Virus record (IMG/VR): IMGVR_UViG_3300036802_000312
Source: an uncultured virus (IMG/VR IMGVR_UViG_3300036802_000312)
Lineage: Duplodnaviria; Heunggongvirae; Uroviricota; Caudoviricetes
Direction: 5' to 3' (one strand)
DNA: 57,962 bases
In this document: positions 49,969 to 57,962 of the stretch, piece after piece
Layout: every line of letters begins with the position of its first letter
Position numbering within the stretch: the stretch's first letter is position 1
The notes under the pieces: model-generated
The model's database searches: none
What the model was told of the DNA's origin: nothing
Seen by the model: the letters and a program-made list of their open reading frames with translations, nothing else
Made by a program: the position numbers and the translations under genes

Positions 49969-51660
49969 TTAGATAGATCTCACCAAAGTAGATACCATTG
50001 CTTTTTCTTGTTCTAACATTGAACCCATCAACTGTGCATTCATCTGTTGTAACATTTCAAGTTTTGATTTCGCTATCATTTCTTTTGCAATATCAACATC
50101 GTTAATATGACCAAGTGCTTCTTCTTGAATTGGTTGCATTGATTCTTGGAAACCCAGCCTTCTTTCAAGTATGGATTCATGAATAGCAACCTGTCCTCTA
50201 TAGACAGAAATCTGATCTAATACATAATCTAATGTCTCGTCATTGTTTAACAAATCATTTATATCTATATTACCTATATTTCCAAGATCAATATCAGGCG
50301 GGTTCGTGGTACCTCCATCACCATTACCGTCAGGCGGGTTCGTTGTACCTCCATCACCATTACCGTCAGGCGGGTTCGTTGTACCTCCATCACCATTACC
50401 GTCAGGTGGGTTGGTTGTTCCTCCGTTACCATTACCATCAGGTGGGTTCGTGGTACCTCCATCGCCATTACCGTCAGGTGGGTTCGTTGTTCCTCCATTA
50501 CCATTACCATCAGGTGGGTTCGTGGTACCTCCATCGCCATTACCGTCAGGTGGGTTCGTTGTTCCACTACCATTGCTACTATTTGTGTAGTCAGTATAAT
50601 ATTTAGATTCAACAACCTCTCCACTGCTATTAAAAGTATTTCCCCAACCTTCACGATACCCCTCTTTCAAATCGCCTTTATAAACGATACCCCCATCTTT
50701 ATCGAAGAAAGTACCGTGACCGTTTGCAACACCATTTTTTATGTCGCCTCGATATATAGCCTTTCCATCATTAAAGACTGATCCATATCCATCATATATA
50801 CCTTTATTAAAATCTCCTTCGTAAACGAGTTGACCTTTCTTGTCATAGAGCTGACCATATCCATCAAGTTGACCGTTTGTAAGATTTCCTTCATAAATTA
50901 ATTTCCCATTTTCACCATAAATTCTTTTGAAGCCACTGAATCCTTCTTGATTAGGAATATCAACAGTGTGTGCGGGAATTTCATATGGCTTAACTTCTCC
51001 TTTCGTCGAACTTGATGCATCAGTTGCTCTTGCTTCTATCGTATTTGATTCTTGATATGTTGTTCCATATGCCTGTAATACCATTGCTCGAACCATTGGT
51101 GGATTATTAGAGATCACTGAAACATTTCGATTTTCATTTGTGGGATTTACAGAAACTGTTTTGCTCAAAGCAGTATCCGTTGGATTAGAAGCAAGAACAG
51201 GTAGCTTCAGCTCATAGCGATCTTCTTTATTTGCTCCAGCTTGAATCTGGACAGAACCGAGATCGAAAACTTTTTTATTATTATACTTGCTATTACTCAT
51301 AATGTTGGACATTTCTTTCGTAAGTGCCTTTGCTTCTTCTTGAATAACTGATTTTTCTGTATCCGTCAAAGTTCCTGTTTGATACTGATTGGATAACTCA
51401 CGAAGACGTTGACCCATTTGGTCTAAATAAGAAAGAGACTCTCCTGCTACTTTAAGAAAATCCAGACCATCTTTAATATTTCGTTGACCTGTTACATTGC
51501 CTCGCAATTGAGTCTCTAACCGACTACTACGGATAATATCAGCAGGATTATCTGAAGCAAGCTTTCTACCTATTGACAATCTTGTCATTGATTTATAAAT
51601 CTCTGTTTGATTATGACGCATCGTATTCAAAAAAAACTGACTCATTCCATTTATATACAT
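49969..51660 (-). CDS. flagellin-like protein with MORN repeats and a Gly/Pro/Asn linker in the variable region
   Basis: N-terminal RLSIG..DNPA..RNIKDG..QRLREL..QIQAGAN; C-terminal ISVYRGQVA..RRL..INDVDIAKEM..LQQ; start MYING after GAGGGAG. Confidence 0.88.
   Translation of the reverse strand: MYINGMSQFFLNTMRHNQTEIYKSMTRLSIGRKLASDNPADIIRSSRLETQLRGNVTGQRNIKDGLDFLKVAGESLSYLDQMGQRLRELSNQYQTGTLTDTEKSVIQEEAKALTKEMSNIMSNSKYNNKKVFDLGSVQIQAGANKEDRYELKLPVLASNPTDTALSKTVSVNPTNENRNVSVISNNPPMVRAMVLQAYGTTYQESNTIEARATDASSSTKGEVKPYEIPAHTVDIPNQEGFSGFKRIYGENGKLIYEGNLTNGQLDGYGQLYDKKGQLVYEGDFNKGIYDGYGSVFNDGKAIYRGDIKNGVANGHGTFFDKDGGIVYKGDLKEGYREGWGNTFNSSGEVVESKYYTDYTNSSNGSGTTNPPDGNGDGGTTNPPDGNGNGGTTNPPDGNGDGGTTNPPDGNGNGGTTNPPDGNGDGGTTNPPDGNGDGGTTNPPDGNGDGGTTNPPDIDLGNIGNIDINDLLNNDETLDYVLDQISVYRGQVAIHESILERRLGFQESMQPIQEEALGHINDVDIAKEMIAKSKLEMLQQMNAQLMGSMLEQEKAMVSTLVRSI
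50293..50565. repeat. 36-bp tandem repeat, 7 full units, encoding PPDGNG[D/N]GGTTN
   Basis: Repeating GTTCGTnGTnCCTCCnTnnCCATTACCnTCAGGnGG units on the plus strand. Confidence 0.95.
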
Positions 51661-51837
51661 ATCGTTATTCCCACACTCCCTCTCAATTCTTATTAGCAAT
51701 TTTATATATCTTGACAATCTATTCTCATATAATAGCTTTGACTTTTCATAAAAATGCCTTGATTGAAGAGGCGTTGCGTTTGACAAATGGCAATAAAAAA
51801 GACGCATGCTTCAAAAAAGCAAACGCCCTTTTTTTCA

Positions 51838-52041
51838 TTAGACAATTGTTCCCATTGTTTGAGTTTGATATTCAATGGGAGGATCGATAAATTGAATTTG
51901 TGTAGATTGATGAATAGAAATTGACCAAAGAATCATAAAAACAACAACCGCACCGAGAGACAGAGAGAATACTTTAACAAGTAAGTCGAATTTAATGAGC
52001 TTTTTTCTTTCTACCACTACATAGCCCTCCTTCCAATTCAA
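51838..52041 (-). CDS. small membrane protein
   Basis: AAGGAGG SD; one TM. Confidence 0.55.
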   Translation of the reverse strand: MNWKEGYVVVERKKLIKFDLLVKVFSLSLGAVVVFMILWSISIHQSTQIQFIDPPIEYQTQTMGTIV

Positions 52042-52253
52042 TTTCAGAGTATTTTAATGTAACACTTTCATATTCATTCTCTTACTTTGTTCCATATTAT
52101 AGATTGAAAAGTAGTTCTTCATAATATTGTGATTGTTTGATCTTTCGAAATGAAATGCTGACATACGTAACCGTTTGCTTCGTTGCATAATATTTTAATC
52201 CAAATTGTATAATGAGGCATGATTATCAAAACAAACCTAAAAGGAGGGTGTAC

Positions 52254-52451
52254 ATGAAGTATATAGGGCAGGAGAAGGTTGAAATATTAACTGGTGAATT
52301 CGAAGGTTTGTATGGGTATGTGAGGCATATATCAAAATATGGTTGGTTAACAGTTGTTATTAATGGAACTCGACCCAAAGCTACCTACCAGAAAGAAGAT
52401 CTCAAGTTTATTCATCCTAATTATTTTTTGGCGAATGATGTGGATTTTTAA
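52254..52451 (+). CDS. small KOW-motif protein
   Basis: AGGAGG SD; GQEKVEILTGEFEGLYGYV. Confidence 0.6.
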   Translation: MKYIGQEKVEILTGEFEGLYGYVRHISKYGWLTVVINGTRPKATYQKEDLKFIHPNYFLANDVDF

Positions 52452-53083
52452 AATTAGATCGCCTTATTGCAATTTGAGTAATAAAACCACCCTCCTCAGA
52501 CCTCACCATCGAGGTCTTTTTATGTTTTACGTTTCTAAAGCAAAAAAAGACACCTATTAAGTGCCTTTATCCTTTACAAATCAAACAGATACATGAACTA
52601 CGGAGCGTTTTCGATTAATCTACATACATCTCATATAGTTAAGTATTAATAAATAATACAATGTTAAAAAGTTTAGAGAGATACCTTTGCGATCCAATAG
52701 CTTTGTGAATAGATTTAAAATGAAATCAGTATGTCTACAACAAGGTCGATTGCTATCCTTATCAAAAGTAAGGCATTTACACGATTTTTCACTGTTCTAC
52801 TTTAACAAATTGTTTATTTTTCAGTTTTTCATCCACCTTTTTCTTTGTATTGTAATTTGCATTTTATATAAAATTAATTTGAGCTATATCCCATTTAGAA
52901 ATGTAAGATTGACGAACGGAATTTAATCTACCCAAAATACCCTTCGAACCAACCTTCCATTCTAATAATTGAGTTATTTAAAATCATATTTAATGTTTAA
53001 TGCTTCTACACTATGTCATTAACCAAAAAAAAGAGATTCCCTCCTATTTGCGGAAAGAATCCTCTCTTTCAATTTCAGGATCT

Positions 53084-53434
53084 TTATTTTTTCAAACCCA
53101 TGAACCAATTGTATGTGCGAATAAAAAAATCTTCCTCAAAAGTCTTGATATAAATGATTTGCCCTGAAACGGTTCGAATAATAACCTTATAGCCTTCAAT
53201 GTTACCATGTTCAAATGAAAACCGATCTACAATACCTTCTGTTTCTTCAATAATAGATTCAATTTCATCGACTGTATAATCCGAGCCTTCTATTGTCACT
53301 TTTCCATTCTTCATTGCCTCTGCCTTGTGGTATTTTGTAGGAATATCCTCTTTGCTAAATGCGAAACTTATCCATTCCGCATTATCACGTACAAAATCTT
53401 TAAGTCCTTGATATGGAAATCTACAATTAATCAT
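53084..53434 (-). CDS. hypothetical protein
   Basis: SD present; GCATATGATA element upstream at about 53503-53512. Confidence 0.6.
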   Translation of the reverse strand: MINCRFPYQGLKDFVRDNAEWISFAFSKEDIPTKYHKAEAMKNGKVTIEGSDYTVDEIESIIEETEGIVDRFSFEHGNIEGYKVIIRTVSGQIIYIKTFEEDFFIRTYNWFMGLKK

Positions 53435-53654
53435 TTCCTTCCATCTCCTTTTGTGAATACGGTAGAGAAATCTACACCTATTCTGTTCTTTCGTTATCTC
53501 ATATCATATGCATGGCAATATGAGCTAATCGTTAGGCGATTGTTGCTGTATGTACAAAAAAGAGATCACTACCTAATAATAGGGTAGCAATCTCAAGTTT
53601 TTATCACTGCTTCATTTGATTCAATAGTTTGAAATAATTCTCTTTGTTTTTATA

Positions 53655-53906
53655 TTAATTTTTATCATGCTCTTCTAAATAAGTTTTCCCCTTGTCGGTA
53701 ATCACAAATTCTCCTCTTTCTGTATAACGGATAAGTTGATACTCGGCAAATCGATCTACAGCTCGTCTCACATTTTCTTCCTTTTTCCCTGATTTATTCA
53801 TTAGTTCAGTGATCGTTGCTTCCCATTTACTTGAAGCAATTATTTGTAACAGTTGAACTCTCATTGGATTCATGATGTGCTTGTTCGGTATATTTTTCGT
53901 CTCCAT
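53655..53906 (-). CDS. winged-helix DNA-binding protein
   Basis: TITEL..NVRRAV..L....ITDKGK pattern. Confidence 0.7.
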   Translation of the reverse strand: METKNIPNKHIMNPMRVQLLQIIASSKWEATITELMNKSGKKEENVRRAVDRFAEYQLIRYTERGEFVITDKGKTYLEEHDKN

Positions 53907-53922
53907 GATTTAATTCTCCTTT

Positions 53923-54525
53923 CTATTCTAATACACAATAATTGAATACAGGTACTTCATACGGCTTTAACTTGATTACCTTCTTAGATTCATCAAAAGA
54001 ATCAATTGCATATGGCATAGGGTCAATAGAGTTTTGTACAACCATCATAATTGGCATCTTTGAATCTGGGACATTTTCAAACCACACCTTGTTAATCAAT
54101 CCTGATGGCATAACCAAATCATAAGGATACTTACCCTCAACTGAATAACGTTCCTCTAATATGAGATGATTTGATCTGATTTTATATTTCATTAACTGTT
54201 CCTTTTTATTCTGTTGTCGATAGTAATCATGAGCAGGATAGAGTTCTTCATAAAAAGCCTGTACCCGCTTAATATCTTCATCTGTTAATTTAACATCAAT
54301 GTGCATATGAACACCAAAATTTTCAGACTCCTCTAAGGTTGACATCCGATTGCTATGAAGATGCTCTACGAAATCACCATCAACAAACTTACATGTAATA
54401 ACAATTCCTTTTTGGGGAATTTGACTATCCCGCTCTAAATCAACTAAGAAAGAATACGTCTGTCCGAATTTCCCTTTCTCGTCATAGTCTACGCTGGCTC
54501 CATATTGTGAATGTAAAGTTAGCAT
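53923..54525 (-). CDS. hypothetical protein
   Basis: 200-aa ORF, AAGGGG SD. Confidence 0.6.
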   Translation of the reverse strand: MLTLHSQYGASVDYDEKGKFGQTYSFLVDLERDSQIPQKGIVITCKFVDGDFVEHLHSNRMSTLEESENFGVHMHIDVKLTDEDIKRVQAFYEELYPAHDYYRQQNKKEQLMKYKIRSNHLILEERYSVEGKYPYDLVMPSGLINKVWFENVPDSKMPIMMVVQNSIDPMPYAIDSFDESKKVIKLKPYEVPVFNYCVLE

Positions 54526-54600
54526 AAAGTACCCCTTTAAGTTAAATTTCGAACTTCACTTTATATTTTAAGAAATGAATTTCACTTTTCAAAATACTTA

Positions 54601-54879
54601 TCAAGCAAAATCGAATGCATTTTTGTTTAATTCCTTTGCTACTTTTTCATAACTGTCCAGCGGTTCCGGTGGAGTTAGAATATCAAAGATAACTTCATTA
54701 ATAAATGCAAGTTGATTCTCAGCTCCAAGGAATCCTTCTGATCTATTAATGGAAATGAGTAGACCATACAAACATCCTAAGAAAAGATTCACTTCACTTT
54801 CTGTGCCTTTCTCTTTTAACTCAATCATTTTCTCCGTGATTTGAAGAATTTTCATCGCAATCTCTTCTTCAGTTTTCAT
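54601..54879 (-). CDS. hypothetical protein
   Basis: AAGGAGG SD plus MKTEEE. Confidence 0.6.
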   Translation of the reverse strand: MKTEEEIAMKILQITEKMIELKEKGTESEVNLFLGCLYGLLISINRSEGFLGAENQLAFINEVIFDILTPPEPLDSYEKVAKELNKNAFDFA

Positions 54880-55033
54880 CTTCTTTGCCCTCCTTTTAGA
54901 ATTGCACCAGATCATCATTGATGATGTCATTAACTTGCTATCTGAATCCTAAGCACGTTACCACTTGAGATACCTTGCTACTATGTGTTGATCATAAAAG
55001 TTTTGGTTCTCTTTCAATTTTCACGATTATCGT

Positions 55034-55585
55034 CTATATTTGATACGAAATTTGATAATTCCGAGCTATATATCTAATAAAATCACCAAAACGTTCAAAA
55101 TCTTTCTGACTGGTTGGAGCAGGTATCCGAATTTCATCCCATTCGATTTCGGCATATTCACCGAAAACCCCCTGAGCAATCGACTTCCACAATTGTTCTA
55201 ACGTAAGCTTTCCGTTCATCGGGCTATATTTGTTATAAGATAAAAGCACATATCTTTCATTTTGCAACATCCGAGTCAAAATGTTCGTCAGTTCGTCATC
55301 TGCTTCACTTTGAGAATAGGAATCGTCATCAGCCAGCGCTTCTCGATATTGAGCAACTTGAATGTTCATTTTCTCTTTAATAATATCAACTTGATAAGGT
55401 CTGCTTATCAATTCTAATGATCCTGGCAAAATACATTCCATTAATTCATCAATGGAGAGCTTTTTAGTAGTTTCACATGATTGTTTAATCATAAAACCAC
55501 CCGCTTCTCCCACTGGCAATTCCCTCATTTCTATTCCACAGTGATCTGCAATCTCCTTTATTCTTTCAATAGACAATTCACTCAT
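55034..55585 (-). CDS. hypothetical protein
   Basis: AAGGAGG SD. Confidence 0.65.
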   Translation of the reverse strand: MSELSIERIKEIADHCGIEMRELPVGEAGGFMIKQSCETTKKLSIDELMECILPGSLELISRPYQVDIIKEKMNIQVAQYREALADDDSYSQSEADDELTNILTRMLQNERYVLLSYNKYSPMNGKLTLEQLWKSIAQGVFGEYAEIEWDEIRIPAPTSQKDFERFGDFIRYIARNYQISYQI

Positions 55586-55669
55586 CCTTTTTTCCTCCTT
55601 AACTAAACATACCCCATATAAAAAACTGCCGCTCTACTCTGTTTACGAAAAAGAGAGGAGGCTCTTATA

Positions 55670-56440
55670 TTAATAACATCCCAATTCCATAACCAACTGT
55701 TCTTTAACATGTGTTTCTATAATTTCGAGAACAAACTGATATACTTCTTCTTGTACCTGTTGTTCTTTAAAGTAGTCTTTTAACTCTAATGCTTGAGATT
55801 CCTTCTTTTTGAGCATATCATCCATTTCTGAAAAACCTATAAGACCATCACGCATCGCCATGAACACATCGATAAATGCTTTATCTTTATTGATACCTGG
55901 TTCGTATGCAATAGCCTTTCCAAATTCAGTGAAGTTTTGACTTGCAAAGCGCTCCATAAAATCAACGATGCGATATGCAGCCGCCGCATGTTTCCCCACT
56001 TTTTTGATTAGCAACTCATGATTTAGAAATTCTTCTAATGGAACATAGTTCCAATCTCGCTGAAAGTTCTTATAATTACGATCATACATTCCTAAACAAC
56101 CATCAAATAAACGTGGTATATTCATTGACGTAATATCGTCTCTTACCGAGCGAAGTAAATCATAAAGCGGGTCATTGTCTTTCACACGGCAAGAATGCAG
56201 GATTTCTAAGAAATTTACATTTGCTTTGTAAAACAAACCTGGGATCTTACGAACATCATGATGCTTTCGATCCGTACTCTTATCATCAATATTACTTTCC
56301 GCCATCCTACCATCACATAAATCTTTGAACGATGGATTATAAAAATACATCATGTCTACATCTGAATCACGTCGATTCAACTTGTAATTATGACTTCCGT
56401 ATAACGCCTCAAACGATAATGCTGGTTCCAATTTAACCAT
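55670..56440 (-). CDS. pol-beta-superfamily nucleotidyltransferase (RlaP/YcgL-like)
   Basis: LYGSHNY.L....SDVD, HD.RK, KANVNFLEIL. Confidence 0.85.
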   Translation of the reverse strand: MVKLEPALSFEALYGSHNYKLNRRDSDVDMMYFYNPSFKDLCDGRMAESNIDDKSTDRKHHDVRKIPGLFYKANVNFLEILHSCRVKDNDPLYDLLRSVRDDITSMNIPRLFDGCLGMYDRNYKNFQRDWNYVPLEEFLNHELLIKKVGKHAAAAYRIVDFMERFASQNFTEFGKAIAYEPGINKDKAFIDVFMAMRDGLIGFSEMDDMLKKKESQALELKDYFKEQQVQEEVYQFVLEIIETHVKEQLVMELGCY

Positions 56441-56594
56441 CACCTTTCTTCTCTTTTTATATTCTCTTATATGCAAAAAAGGAGTCTTCCAAATCCAAGG
56501 CTTGACTCCTAAATGTTTTTATCAAATATCGGCTCTTTTTCGGTGAAATTAGATATAAAACCCCCCTCTTTGTCACCCTACAACTATGAATTTA

Positions 56595-57035
56595 CTAAAA
56601 ATCAGCTTCAGAATACTTATTTTCAAAGGTTAGAATTTCATTTGGTAACTTTTCGTACCAAGTATTCAAGGAGAACTGAAATAGGTAATGACGACATGCT
56701 TTGTATTCTTTCTGTATTAAAATAGATGAGTGCTTGTTTACATTGTAAGCATGACAACTGTGTATTTCTTCTAAATAGACTAAATGGCGGTTAAAACACC
56801 GCTCTGCCGCATCAAGAGTGGGCTTTTTTGCATTATGATCTTGAACCAACATGCGGTTACAACCAACTAAATATCGTAAGACTTCCCGTTCCTCAACGAG
56901 ATCCTCTTTATCCATAAGCTTGATACCCCAAGTCTCAAGTAACAAGTGCCCCCATTTCGGATTATCAAAATTTCGCAGTATATCATCATAATGCTTTCGA
57001 ATATCTGCTAATGGTTGAAAATACTTCACATGCAT
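56595..57035 (-). CDS. hypothetical protein
   Basis: AAGGAG SD; EYKACRHYLF motif. Confidence 0.65.
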   Translation of the reverse strand: MHVKYFQPLADIRKHYDDILRNFDNPKWGHLLLETWGIKLMDKEDLVEEREVLRYLVGCNRMLVQDHNAKKPTLDAAERCFNRHLVYLEEIHSCHAYNVNKHSSILIQKEYKACRHYLFQFSLNTWYEKLPNEILTFENKYSEADF

Positions 57036-57206
57036 ATAATCACTCTCCTTTCTTCAAATTGATTAAAACCTGGTATTTATAAGAATTATTTAAGCTAATC
57101 GACTTGTTTTCCTCAACTTTTTATCATTTCATACCTTTTTTCCTCGAATGCAACCGAAGATACGATTCTTCATGCTTAAGACATTGAGCAATTGGAGAAC
57201 TGTAAA

Positions 57207-57473
57207 CTATCCCTCCATGATTTCACATTGTTCTTTACAAAGTCGCTTATGCCAGTTACGAGACTTTTTCTTATGCCTTAACTTGGCAAGCTTCTTTGCT
57301 GTTTTTCCAATGATCGGTCTGATAGCTCCGTGCTGTGGAATAGCGTATTTCCTTGTTTTCGATTTCATACGAACGGGAAGTAGTGGAACCATCTTTTCAG
57401 CATCGTGAGTTCTTCCATGATGCCCTCCTCCGTGGTTATATCCTTGATGCATCTCTAATCCCTCCATAATCAT
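57207..57473 (-). CDS. small basic His/Lys-rich protein
   Basis: GGAGG SD before MHQG. Confidence 0.5.
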   Translation of the reverse strand: MIMEGLEMHQGYNHGGGHHGRTHDAEKMVPLLPVRMKSKTRKYAIPQHGAIRPIIGKTAKKLAKLRHKKKSRNWHKRLCKEQCEIMEG

Positions 57474-57527
57474 GTTTTAATCACATAAATTCTCTATGTT
57501 ATATATGGGATATAAGCATGAGACCAG

Positions 57528-57962
57528 CTAAAAATAAAGTTCGTCATTTGAAAATCTGTATATCGTATCCCGCTTCAATGAGTCTCTTTCAATGTAGTGA
57601 TATATGCTTTCATTTGTAGTCGTAACGATAAGTACCGTTTCTTCTCTTTCTCTTATCTGCGTCTTTTTCAAGTCATAATATTTATTAAGTTCCCTTTTAA
57701 TCAATTCGTGCCAAGTATCCATTGGCTTGTCTACCCAAATCCATCCATATCCCTCGCCCTCAACATCAATCCAGATGTTTCTATCAAGATCTTCCTCATC
57801 GTCATACCAATCAATGCGTTGTTCGATATGCTTTGTATTGTTACAAACCAATAACATACCTTTCAAAACCTCATCAGTTACAGGTGTAACCGTTATACTC
57901 TTAAAATCTAAACGTTGATGATACTGTTCCACTATTAATTTAATTGCATCTACATCTTTCAT
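57528..57962 (-). CDS. hypothetical protein (start at the window edge)
   Basis: ORF reaches position 57962. Confidence 0.6.
   Translation of the reverse strand: MKDVDAIKLIVEQYHQRLDFKSITVTPVTDEVLKGMLLVCNNTKHIEQRIDWYDDEEDLDRNIWIDVEGEGYGWIWVDKPMDTWHELIKRELNKYYDLKKTQIREREETVLIVTTTNESIYHYIERDSLKRDTIYRFSNDELYF

Noticed and set aside
50232..50654. Repeat-rich ORFs 50232..50606, 50243..50590 and 50274..50654, and the 36-bp repeat as a CRISPR array
   Set aside because: These are shadow frames of the flagellin coding VNTR. The units are contiguous with no unique spacers, and there are no cas genes.
51700..51760. SigD promoter for the flagellin
   Set aside because: No convincing TAAA-N15-GCCGATAT; only a weak TCAAGATAT.
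455..57918. Many short antisense or overlapping ORFs in the track (for example 462, 2966, 7420, 21261, 33414, 40748, 46042, 57597)
   Set aside because: They overlap well-supported genes on the other strand or frame and lack SD sequences.
1..57962. tRNA, rRNA, riboswitch, IS/transposase or virion structural genes
   Set aside because: None recognised by eye. tRNAscan-SE, Infernal and HMM searches would be needed to exclude them formally.

Overview
AT-rich, gene-dense accessory region from a large Bacillales (Bacillus/Paenibacillus-like) mobile replicon, most likely a megaplasmid or jumbo/temperate phage. It has Firmicute SD sequences (GGAGG/AAGGAG), short operons bounded by Rho-independent terminators, many small phage-type ORFs (YopX-like, DUF4314, SprT-like, Api92/DUF1281-like) and no virion, rRNA, tRNA or CRISPR features. 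It carries host-like auxiliary genes: Sir2, lytic transglycosylase, HD hydrolase fused to a degenerate RecD module, tmk, macrodomain, HAD, orphan receiver, FtsH, RNase HI, M23 and M50 peptidases, SLOG/YspA, BI-1/YetJ, LCP, YwbE-like, two DUF262 proteins, CheX, a flagellin with MORN and Gly/Pro/Asn repeats, and a nucleotidyltransferase. The intergenic DNA shows two element-wide regulatory signals. The first is a 16-bp palindromic operator (consensus ATTGACTATAGTCAAT) at 7 sigmaA-type promoters. The second is a recurring SigE/SigK-like promoter (GCATAnnATA), followed in the best copies by a conserved leader (GRGTTTA..AAwTAGGwT). Other highlights are an SOS-boxed tyrosine recombinase with a degenerate active site, a Fur/PerR-boxed sRNA candidate, an ArfA-like peptide, a minimal ADP-ribosyltransferase-like protein, a serine-less ACP-like protein and an orphan CdiI-like immunity domain. 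All family calls come from motif recognition by eye, without database searches.
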